Assembly (NCBI GenBank): GCA_038851755.1
Contig: JAWCKR010000014.1
Span: forward strand, 1-37,414
Reading direction: 5' to 3'
DNA length: 37,414 nt
Source of the DNA: Candidatus Hadarchaeales archaeon
GTDB lineage: Archaea > Hadarchaeota > Hadarchaeia > Hadarchaeales > WYZ-LMO6
The notes beneath the pieces were generated by a model, which saw nothing but the letters and a program-made list of their open reading frames with translations, did no database searches and was not told the origin of the DNA. A program made the translations under genes and the position numbers. Below, piece after piece: positions 9,852 to 17,679 of the stretch (positions are counted from its first letter, which is position 1; each line of letters opens with the position of its first letter).

Positions 9852-11361
9852 ATCATCACCCCGATCGGGTTTCCTGGTCGACAGGGACGACAAAAGATGC
9901 ATAAGATGTCAGGCATGTGTTCGAATGTGCTCCTACGATGTTCACGTCTACGACCCTGAAGACGACATCATAGTGAGTGACAGTTCCAAATGCGTAGGCT
10001 GTCATTTTTGTGAGGCGATATGTCCAACTTCTGCGCTGATCATCGGGTATAACCCTTCTCAATACAGAGAAAACTTCAACTGGACATCGGAGGTCATAAA
10101 CGATATCAAAACGCAAGCAGGAACGGGGGGGGTCATCCTCACTGGGATGGGCTGTGACAAACCCTATCCGATCTACTGGGACCACATCGTCCTCAACGCG
10201 TCTCAGGTAACCAACCCCTCCATAGACCCGCTCCGTGAGCCCATGGAGCTGAAGACGTTTATCGGGCGAAAGCCGGATAGGATAGAGATTGAAAACTCCG
10301 CAGAGCCAAAACTCACCACCCAAATTTCGCCCCAGTTGGAACTCGAGACTCCTATAATGTTCAGCGCCATGTCATATGGATCTATAAGCTACAACGCCTG
10401 CCTGGCCTTGGCTCGCGCTGCATCTGAATTCGGGACGTTTTGGAACACTGGGGAGGGAGGACTCCACAGGAACCTTTACATGTACGGGTCTCACACGATT
10501 GTCCAAGTGGCATCTGGCAGGTTTGGGGTAACACGGGAATACCTGAACGTCGCTGCAGCCATAGAGATAAAGATAGGGCAGGGGGCTAAGCCGGGCATTG
10601 GTGGCCATCTCCCGGGGGAGAAAGTAACGGGCCCCATAAGTGAGACCAGAATGATACCAGAGGGCACGGACGCACTGTCACCCGCACCTCACCACGACAT
10701 ATACTCCATTGAGGATCTGCGCCAGCTCATCTATGCCCTCAAGGAGGCGACTAGATACGAGAAACCGGTTGGTGTGAAGATTGCGGCTGTCCACAATGTC
10801 GCCCCCATCGCGAGCGGGATAGTGAGGGCGGGAGCTGATTTTGTTGTCATAGATGGCATAAGGGGAGGTACAGGGGCAGCGCCAAAAGTGATCAGGGATA
10901 ACGTGGGAATACCTATCGAGATGGCGATAGCGGTTGTGGACAGCAGGCTGAGGGAGGAAGGTATCAGGAACCATGCGTCGATAATAGCCGCCGGAGGGTT
11001 CAGGAAGAGCTCAGACGTAATCAAAGCCATTGCCTTGGGTGCTGATGCTGTGTATATAGGCACCGCAGCGTTGGTGGCCATGGGCTGCACGGTCTGCCAG
11101 AAGTGTTACACCGGAAAATGTAACTGGGGGATAGCGACTCAGGATCCATACCTGACGAAAAGGTTGAACCCCGAGATAGCTACGAGGAGGTTGAAAAACC
11201 TGCTCAGGGCTTGGTCCCTCGAAATGAAGGAGATGATGGGCGGGATGGGAATAAACGCGGTCGAGAGCCTGAGGGGGAACCGCGAGCAATTGAGGGGCGT
11301 GGGGCTGAATGAGGTCGAACTGAAGATGCTCGGGATAAAACCTGCGGGGGAAGCGTGGTAG
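9844..11361 (+). CDS. Glutamate synthase FMN-binding subunit with N-terminal 2x[4Fe-4S] (GltB domain 2, archaeal GltS type)
   Basis: CIRCQAC and CVGCHFC motifs; AMSYGSIS, NTGEGG, QVASGRFG, EIKIGQGAKPGIGGHLPGEKV, CTVCQKCYTGKC. Confidence 0.95.
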   Translation: MVKSSPRSGFLVDRDDKRCIRCQACVRMCSYDVHVYDPEDDIIVSDSSKCVGCHFCEAICPTSALIIGYNPSQYRENFNWTSEVINDIKTQAGTGGVILTGMGCDKPYPIYWDHIVLNASQVTNPSIDPLREPMELKTFIGRKPDRIEIENSAEPKLTTQISPQLELETPIMFSAMSYGSISYNACLALARAASEFGTFWNTGEGGLHRNLYMYGSHTIVQVASGRFGVTREYLNVAAAIEIKIGQGAKPGIGGHLPGEKVTGPISETRMIPEGTDALSPAPHHDIYSIEDLRQLIYALKEATRYEKPVGVKIAAVHNVAPIASGIVRAGADFVVIDGIRGGTGAAPKVIRDNVGIPIEMAIAVVDSRLREEGIRNHASIIAAGGFRKSSDVIKAIALGADAVYIGTAALVAMGCTVCQKCYTGKCNWGIATQDPYLTKRLNPEIATRRLKNLLRAWSLEMKEMMGGMGINAVESLRGNREQLRGVGLNEVELKMLGIKPAGEAW

Positions 11362-11362
11362 A

Positions 11363-11800
11363 ATGAAAAAGATTCGGATCAGGGAGCAATACTGCATGGG
11401 GTGCAGACTGTGTGAAATATACTGCGCAGTTCAGCACTCCAAGTCCAGAAATCTGATCAAGGCGTACAAGGGAGAATATCCCAAGCCTATGCCTAGGATT
11501 CTGGTAGAGGAGAAGGAATACCTCTCTTTCGCGATCCAGTGCAGGCACTGCGAAGACGCCCCGTGCATAAGCGCTTGCATCACCGGAGCGATGCACAGAG
11601 ACCCGGACTCTGGGGCCGTCCTGTGTGACGAGAGAAAGTGCGTCGGCTGCTGGATGTGCATAATGGCCTGCCCCTTTGGCGTTATCAGCAGGGGACGGGA
11701 GAAGAAGATAATCTCCAAGTGCGATCTGTGTTTGGGCGAGGAGGGGCCCGCATGCGTGAAGAATTGTCCGAACGAGGCTCTGGTGCTGGAGGGGGAATAG
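11363..11800 (+). CDS. 4x[4Fe-4S] CooF/DmsB-like electron transfer protein
   Basis: CMGCRLCEIYC, CRHCEDAPC, CVGCWMCIMACPFG, KCDLC...PACVKNCP. Confidence 0.9.
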   Translation: MKKIRIREQYCMGCRLCEIYCAVQHSKSRNLIKAYKGEYPKPMPRILVEEKEYLSFAIQCRHCEDAPCISACITGAMHRDPDSGAVLCDERKCVGCWMCIMACPFGVISRGREKKIISKCDLCLGEEGPACVKNCPNEALVLEGE

Positions 11801-11801
11801 C

Positions 11802-13079
11802 ATGATAAAATACCTCATAGTTGGAAATTCCGCCGCGGCGGTTGGGGCCGTTGAGGCCATACGGCAAGTTGATAGAGACGGAAGAATCGTCATTGTATCT
11901 AAAGAGCCACATCCACTGTACTCCAGGCCTCTGATCACATACCTGCTGGCGGGTCAGATCGATGAAAGCAAGATGTCATATGGCGACCCAAGGTTCTACA
12001 GTATATACAATGTTGAGGAAGTCCTGGGGAAGGAAGTTGTGGCGATTCATCCAGAAGACAAAAATGTAGTCCTCGACGATGGGACTAAACTTTCCTATCA
12101 AAAACTGCTCCTGGCCACGGGCGGACGCCCAATCTTTCCCCAAGTGGAAGGCAGAGACCTCACTGGGGTTTTCACTTTTACAACACTTAGTGACGCTAGG
12201 AAGGTGAACGAGTTCATAGAAAAGAACAGGGTCAGAAACGCAGTCGTTGTAGGCGGCGGGCTGATAGGGCTAAAAACCGCAGAGGCCCTCATCGCCCGCG
12301 GGATAAAGGTGACCATCGTTGAGCTCGCGGACAAAGTCCTCTCCGCCACTTTCGACAGGAGGGCGTCCGAGATTGTGGAGAAGGCCATGCAGGAGAGAGG
12401 TGGTGTGTTCGTGAAGAAGAACACCGTTTCGAGGATCATAGGTGAGAAAAAGGTGGAAAAAGTGGTCTTACAGGATGGAACCGAGGTAAGCTGCCAGCTC
12501 GTGATCTTTGCCATAGGTGTCACGCCAAATGTGGAGCTGGCAAAACGCGCCGGAATAGAGGTGGGAAAGGGGATTCTAGTGGACGATCACATGCAGACGA
12601 ACTTGCCGGACATCTACGCGGCCGGGGATGTTGTCGAGGCCTATGACATAGTGATGTCCTCAAACAGGCAGATTGCCATCTGGCCAAACGCCTATGTCCA
12701 GGGAAGGATCGCTGGATTTAACATGGCAGGAAAGGTCGAGAAATACGAGGGCAGTTTCGCCATGAACTCAGTGGAAATATGCGGGGTGCCCACGATCTCC
12801 ATCGGTTTGACGGACCCGCAGGAGAAGGGCTACGAGATACTTGAGCGCTACGATGAGGCCCAAAAGGTGTACAAGAAAATCGTGCTGAAGAACGATGTCA
12901 TAGTAGGGGCGATTTTCGTGAACAAGATAGACAGAGCCGGAGTGTTCACCGGCCTAATAAAAAGTAGGGTCAACGTTCACCTCTTCAAGGATGCCCTGCT
13001 TCGCGACGATTTCGGTCTTGTCTGGCTCCCGGAGAAATTCAGGAAACACATGGTCGTGGGGGAGGGAATCGAGATATGA
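11802..13079 (+). CDS. FAD/NAD(P)H-dependent oxidoreductase (NirB/NADH oxidase-like)
   Basis: IVGNSAAA, LLLATGG, VVGGGLIG, TNLPDIYAAGD. Confidence 0.9.
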   Translation: MIKYLIVGNSAAAVGAVEAIRQVDRDGRIVIVSKEPHPLYSRPLITYLLAGQIDESKMSYGDPRFYSIYNVEEVLGKEVVAIHPEDKNVVLDDGTKLSYQKLLLATGGRPIFPQVEGRDLTGVFTFTTLSDARKVNEFIEKNRVRNAVVVGGGLIGLKTAEALIARGIKVTIVELADKVLSATFDRRASEIVEKAMQERGGVFVKKNTVSRIIGEKKVEKVVLQDGTEVSCQLVIFAIGVTPNVELAKRAGIEVGKGILVDDHMQTNLPDIYAAGDVVEAYDIVMSSNRQIAIWPNAYVQGRIAGFNMAGKVEKYEGSFAMNSVEICGVPTISIGLTDPQEKGYEILERYDEAQKVYKKIVLKNDVIVGAIFVNKIDRAGVFTGLIKSRVNVHLFKDALLRDDFGLVWLPEKFRKHMVVGEGIEI

Positions 13080-13810
13080 GGATTGATGCCAGCGGTATGC
13101 CCTATCGAAAGCTGAACGAGCTGATCCGCTCAGCAGTGAAGAGCGGGGAAAAAGAGATCACGATTGACAACGTGAACGGGCAGAGGTACATCGGCGCTGG
13201 GCTCGCTGGAGAGGTAACGATACGGATAAAAGGCGTGCCTGGGAACGACCTGGGGGCTTTCATGGATGGCCCCACCATAATCGTGAACAACAATGCTCAG
13301 GATGGGGTAGGCAACACGATGAACTCTGGGAAGGTCATGATAAACGGAGACGCTGGGGACATCGTGGGGTACTCCATGAGGGGAGGTAAAATCTACATCC
13401 GGGGTAACGCTGGTTATCGCGCCGGTATCCACATGAAGGCGTACAAGAATTTTTATCCGGTGATAGTAATCGGCGGCCGGGTTCATGATTTTCTAGGAGA
13501 GTATATGGCGGGTGGCCTTTTGTTGGTGCTTGGCCTCGATGAGTCCGAGAAAGGATCGCCCGTTGGGAGTTACGTCGGCACGGGTATGCACGGGGGGGAG
13601 ATGTACATCCGTGGGGCCGTGGAAAACCACCAGCTTGGAAAGGAAGTCAAAATTGAAAAACCAAGCGAAGAGGATTACCGTAAAATCATGGGGCCGCTAA
13701 AGGAGTTTTGTTCCCAATTCTCTTTCAGCCTAGAAAAGATAATGGATGAAGAATTCGTCAAGCTGATACCATTTTCCCATCGTCCTTACGGGCAAATCTA
13801 TGCATACTGA
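13076..13810 (+). CDS. Glutamate synthase domain 3 subunit (GXGXG beta-helix)
   Basis: NGQRYIGAG, GNDLGAFMDG, GNTMNSG, FLGEYMAGG, GTGMHGG; ATGA overlap with the upstream gene. Confidence 0.9.
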   Translation: MRIDASGMPYRKLNELIRSAVKSGEKEITIDNVNGQRYIGAGLAGEVTIRIKGVPGNDLGAFMDGPTIIVNNNAQDGVGNTMNSGKVMINGDAGDIVGYSMRGGKIYIRGNAGYRAGIHMKAYKNFYPVIVIGGRVHDFLGEYMAGGLLLVLGLDESEKGSPVGSYVGTGMHGGEMYIRGAVENHQLGKEVKIEKPSEEDYRKIMGPLKEFCSQFSFSLEKIMDEEFVKLIPFSHRPYGQIYAY

Positions 13811-13961
13811 TCCGTGAGGGACAACTTAGAAACAGTTCGTTACCCTAAAGCCTGTGGAAAAAACACTGAATACATGCGCGATCCCCCTATGCGTTCTCTC
13901 GGGTACTTCTGATTTTCTTAACGACAAATTTCCCTCATTGTCGGTACTCCCGGAAGCGGGG

Positions 13962-14105
13962 GAGAGGGTCCCGAGGGTGGCCGTCCAGGAGACGGGCCTG
14001 CCCGTCAGACCCCCGGAGGTCCTGTAGGAGGTCCTGAGGAAGGCGCTGGAGGAGGGGGAGCTGGAAGGACTGGAGGAAATGGCGGGAAAGTTAAGGGTAT
14101 CTAGA
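13962..14105 (+). pseudogene. Host-like gene fragment at the island junction (possibly a PIN/DUF3368-like C-terminus)
   Basis: ERVPRVAVQETGLPVRPPEVL*EVLRKALEEGELEGLEEMAGKLRVSR; host codon usage, no start, internal TAG 14025. Confidence 0.35.
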
Positions 14106-14108
14106 AGG

Positions 14109-14219
14109 TGCCGGGGGCGGGGCTCGAACCCGCGATCTCCGGATTTCCCATCATCCCAGAGGTCAGCACTCACAGCGGAGCTATGAGTCCGGCGCTCTAA
14201 CCATCTGAGCCACCCCGGC
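14109..14219 (-). tRNA. tRNA-Met(CAT), elongator type, 37-nt intron at 37/38 (14145-14181)
   Basis: Acceptor GCCGGGG/CCCCGGC-A; D arm GCTC..GAGC; anticodon arm CCGGA-CTCATA^A-TCCGG; T arm GCGGG-TTCGAGC-CCCGC; CTCA:TGGG central BHB helix. Confidence 0.93.
14145..14181 (-). ncRNA. Putative intron-encoded box C'/D' guide for 2'-O-methylation of tRNA-Met C34
   Basis: GCTGTGAGT-G-CTGA-CC-TCT-GG-GATGATG; guide pairs with ACTCATAGC; +5 rule gives C34. Confidence 0.65.
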
Positions 14220-14242
14220 CCAAAGAAGATGGTGGAGAAAAC

Positions 14243-14995
14243 TTATAGCTTACTCGAAGCCCCCAGTCCCTTCACCAGCCTCCCGAACTCCCTCCTGCTG
14301 CACAGGGCGGTGCACCCCTCCTCGTGCCCCACCACCACCACATCCGCCATGCCGCAGAAGATCCCGTTCTCCACCACCCCTGGCACCGAGTTTATCCTCC
14401 TCTCCAGCTCACCTGGTCTCTCTATCCTCCCGAAGCGCACGTCCAGCACGTAGTTCCCGTTGTCGGTGAGGAAGGGTCCACCCCCCCCTCCCCTCAGGGA
14501 GGGTTTTCCACCCAGCTTCTCGAGCCTGGCCGCCGTCTGCCTCCATCCGAAGGGGAGGACCTCCACCGGGACAGGCATCCTCTCCCCCAGTGCCCTCACC
14601 AGCTTGGTCCTGTCCACGGCTATCACCAGCCTCCTGGAGGACAGGGCCAGGAGCTTCTCCCTGGTGTGCGCCCCTCCCCCACCCTTCAGGAGGTCCAGCT
14701 GAGGGCTCACCTCGTCCGCACCGTCTATCGTCAGGTCCACCTCCCGGTACTCCTCCAGGGCACCCAGCCTGAGCCCCGCCTTCCTGCAGAGGTCCTCGGT
14801 GAAGCGGGAGGCGGGGACAAAAACCGACCTGGGCCTCCCCTCCGCCAGCACCCTCACCACCTCCGCCACGGTGGTCCCGGAGCCCAGGCCCACCACCAGC
14901 CCTTCTTCCACGAGTCCCGCAGCTCCTCTGGCGGCGTTCCTCTTCCACTCCCCAACCCTCTGCGGCGGGGTGACCCGGCCGCTCCTCCCCGACAC
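14243..14995 (-). CDS. rpiA: Ribose-5-phosphate isomerase A (start uncertain)
   Basis: VGLGSGTT, IDGADEV, KGGGGAHTREK, PVEVLPF, TDNGNY, PGVVENGIF. Confidence 0.95.
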   Translation of the reverse strand: MSGRSGRVTPPQRVGEWKRNAARGAAGLVEEGLVVGLGSGTTVAEVVRVLAEGRPRSVFVPASRFTEDLCRKAGLRLGALEEYREVDLTIDGADEVSPQLDLLKGGGGAHTREKLLALSSRRLVIAVDRTKLVRALGERMPVPVEVLPFGWRQTAARLEKLGGKPSLRGGGGGPFLTDNGNYVLDVRFGRIERPGELERRINSVPGVVENGIFCGMADVVVVGHEEGCTALCSRREFGRLVKGLGASSKL

Positions 14996-15084
14996 CTTCT
15001 CCTCCCGAAGGTCCCTCGGGACCGTTCTCAAACCCTCGGGAGGGAGGGGTTAAATACGGTGGTGGAGAAGAAAAGGAGGAGCCC

Positions 15085-15609
15085 ATGAAGACCGTACCGG
15101 TGAAAGAGATCATGACGGAGAACGTGGTCACGTGCACACCCAACACCGACGTGGCCAAGGCCGCCAAGCTGATGACGGAAAAGGGAGTGGGATGCGTCGT
15201 GGTGACCAGGAACAGGAAACCGGTGGGCATCCTCACGGAACAGGACATCCTCACGAAGGTGGTGAGCGCCGACTTGAAGGCCAGCAGGATAAAGGTGGGT
15301 GATATCATGTCGAAGAAGCTCATCACCGTGGAGGCAGAGGCCGACGTGCTGGAGGCCGCCAGAACCATGACCAGGAACAAGATAAGGAGACTCCCCGTGG
15401 TGAAGGGGGAGGTGCTGGTGGGCATCCTCACCGCCTCCGACATAGCCTCCTTCTCCCCAGGCATGGCGGAGACCATCGAGCACCACGAGGTGCTCAGGAG
15501 GGAGGAGGTGGGTAGGAGCGTGTGCGAGCTCTGCGGGGAGGTCAAAGAGAAGCTCAGGGAGGTCAACGGGATGTGGGTGTGCGAGGACTGCGCCGAGAGC
15601 GGGACCTGA
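15085..15609 (+). CDS. Tandem CBS-domain protein with C-terminal Zn ribbon
   Basis: VKEIMT, VGILTEQD, VGDIMS, IRRLPVV; CELCG...VCEDC; GGAGG SD. Confidence 0.9.
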   Translation: MKTVPVKEIMTENVVTCTPNTDVAKAAKLMTEKGVGCVVVTRNRKPVGILTEQDILTKVVSADLKASRIKVGDIMSKKLITVEAEADVLEAARTMTRNKIRRLPVVKGEVLVGILTASDIASFSPGMAETIEHHEVLRREEVGRSVCELCGEVKEKLREVNGMWVCEDCAESGT

Positions 15610-15771
15610 AGGAAAACCGAGCACCTTTCGAGCCCGCTCCACCGGCGGGACCAGACCTGGGCCTCGATACTCCCCAGAGCAACGGCTGGAAGCCCTTCCC
15701 TTCACACGGTGGACCGAAGGGTTGCACGGCCGGCGATAAAGTTAAAGCGGAAAGAGGGACAAAGCAGTAGG

Positions 15772-15868
15772 GCGGCCGTGGTCCAGCCTGGTTAAGACCC
15801 GGGCTCCCCGTGAGCTGAACGCTCGGGGAGGGCCCGTGACGCGGGTTCGAATCCCGCCGGCCGCACCA
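15772..15868 (+). tRNA. tRNA-Gly(CCC) with 20-nt intron (15811-15830), CCA encoded
   Basis: GCGGCCG/CGGCCGC-ACCA; anticodon stem CGGGC/GCCCG; canonical bulge-helix-bulge (TCCC:GGGG, bulges CG^T and AG^G, GAGC/GCTC outer helix); TATA-like GTTAAAG at 15741. Confidence 0.9.
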
Positions 15869-16024
15869 TAGTCTTCCCAATCCAATCCCCGGGAACCCGT
15901 CGTTCAATCTCTCCCAACCGTTTTCCACCCCGTTACTTCGGCGGGGGCCCCTCCCAGCCGGTGCTGGTCTTATTCATCACTGGCTGAGTCAAGGGGGTCG
16001 CCCGAAACCTGAGTTCTCTCTTCT

Positions 16025-16387
16025 CTACTCGATGCCCCACCTCTTCGAAGCCTTCACGATGAGGAAGATCACGAAGGCGACGATGAGGAAGGTTATGAGG
16101 GCGCCCACGAAGTGGCCTACCCTGAAGGGACCCACCTCCACCTCCTCCCAGGGCCCCGGGGTCACCAGCTGGATGACGGGCATGATCAGGTCGGCCACCA
16201 TCGCCTGGACCAGGGCACCCAGGTAAAGACCCAGGATGAAGGCCACCGCCATCCCGAGCACCTTGTACTTGGAGAGGAAGTCCATGAACTCCGCCCGGAA
16301 ACCCTTGGGCGGGGGAGGAGGGGGCTTGGGCTCCAGGAGGGCCCTTATGCGCTTCAGCTCCTCCAGCATCTCCTCCTCTTTAACCAT
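16025..16387 (-). CDS. mscL: Large-conductance mechanosensitive channel family protein
   Basis: EFMDFLSKYKVLGMAVAFILG, MVADLIMPVI, VGHFVGALITFLIVAFVIFLIVK. Confidence 0.85.
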   Translation of the reverse strand: MVKEEEMLEELKRIRALLEPKPPPPPPKGFRAEFMDFLSKYKVLGMAVAFILGLYLGALVQAMVADLIMPVIQLVTPGPWEEVEVGPFRVGHFVGALITFLIVAFVIFLIVKASKRWGIE

Positions 16388-16410
16388 CCTCTCTCCTCTG
16401 CCGGCGCCTT

Positions 16411-16908
16411 CTAAAGCTTTTCCGTCAGCTCCTGCAGCCTCCTGAACCAGCCGGGCACGCTGGGCTCCGGGAGGAGCCGGCGGGGAACGCAGGGCCTTAT
16501 GTCCAGAACGGGGGTCCCGTCGAAGAGGTCCAGTCCCGAGACCCTCAGGAACCTGCCTCTCCTCTCCTTTAACCTCACCACCGTCATGCCCACGGGGTTG
16601 GGGCGGTGGGGCGAGTCCGTGCAGAAGACCCCCACCTCCGGCACCTCCTCCTCAGGCAACCCCAGCCTGAGCCACCTCCTGGGCCTCACCTTCAGGACCT
16701 TCCTCTCTTCCTCCCCCACCCTGTGCAACCACACCACCAGCCTGAGGTGGGAGAAGCCCTCTATCCCCTCCAGCGCCTGCTCGTACTCCTGGTAGATCTC
16801 CACCTCCCCCTCCACCCCTCCCGATCTCCAGGCCTCCCTCACCCGCTCGTCCGTCAGGCCCACCCTGACCACTCCCACCGGCCTGAGCTCCACCAGCACG
16901 CTCCCCAC
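16411..16908 (-). CDS. trmO: TrmO/TsaA-like tRNA methyltransferase (UPF0066)
   Basis: LRPVGVV, ALEGIEGFSHL, GVFCTDSPHRPNPVG, GLDLFDGTPVLDI. Confidence 0.85.
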   Translation of the reverse strand: MGSVLVELRPVGVVRVGLTDERVREAWRSGGVEGEVEIYQEYEQALEGIEGFSHLRLVVWLHRVGEEERKVLKVRPRRWLRLGLPEEEVPEVGVFCTDSPHRPNPVGMTVVRLKERRGRFLRVSGLDLFDGTPVLDIRPCVPRRLLPEPSVPGWFRRLQELTEKL

Positions 16909-16955
16909 GGGAGTTCGGGCGACAGGGTTAAAAGGTGACCCTCCAAGAACCGGCG

Positions 16956-17621
16956 ATGGAGGAAAGGAAAGGGATGCCTCTGCTGGGGGACCGGTTCCCC
17001 GAGATGAGGGTCAGGACCACGCACGGTGAAAAACTTCTACCGAACGACTACGCCGGGAAGTGGTTCGTGCTCTTCAGCCATCCCGCTGACTTCACCCCGG
17101 TCTGTACCACCGAGTTCGTGGCCTTCCAGAAGAGATATGAAAAGTTCAGGGCCCTGAACTGCGAGCTCATAGGCCTCAGCGTGGACCAGGTGTTCTCCCA
17201 CCTGAAGTGGGTGGAGTGGATCAGGGAGAAGCTGGGGGTGGAGATACAGTTCCCCATCATCGCCGACACGGGGGCCGTGGCGGAGAGGCTGGGGCTCATC
17301 CACCCGGGGAAGGGAACGAACACGGTGAGGGCCGTCTTCGTGGTGGACGCGGAGGGGAAGATACGCATCATCCTGTACTACCCGCAGGAGCTCGGGAGGA
17401 ACATGGACGAGATCCTGAGGGTGGTGGAGGCCATGCAGCTCTCGGACAAGCACGGGGTGGCCATGCCTGCCAACTGGCCCAACAACGAGCTCGTGGGAGA
17501 CCACGTGATCGTCCCACCGGCGAACACCGTGAAGGCCGTGCAGGAGAGGCTGGAGAAGGCGAAGGCCGGGGAGATAGAGTGCTTCGACTGGTGGCTCTGC
17601 CACAAGAAGCTCCAGCGGTGA
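16956..17621 (+). CDS. Peroxiredoxin (archaeal Prx6 type)
   Basis: [45 protein letters not shown]. Confidence 0.95.
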   Translation: MEERKGMPLLGDRFPEMRVRTTHGEKLLPNDYAGKWFVLFSHPADFTPVCTTEFVAFQKRYEKFRALNCELIGLSVDQVFSHLKWVEWIREKLGVEIQFPIIADTGAVAERLGLIHPGKGTNTVRAVFVVDAEGKIRIILYYPQELGRNMDEILRVVEAMQLSDKHGVAMPANWPNNELVGDHVIVPPANTVKAVQERLEKAKAGEIECFDWWLCHKKLQR

Positions 17622-17679
17622 CCTCCGGACGGACGAGCCTACCTCAAGGATAATTTAGGGGGACCTGCAAGGGTAGAAG

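Noticed and set aside
14109-14219. Alternative call as tRNA-Ile2(CAT) or initiator tRNA-Met
   Set aside because: No A1-U72 pair or triple G-C anticodon stem of initiators; the GCCGGGG acceptor and CCGGA stem with a 37/38 intron fit archaeal elongator Met.
15640-15700. GAGCAACGG resembling SRP RNA helix 8
   Set aside because: Lacks the GGAA tetraloop context, and the space is too short for archaeal SRP RNA.
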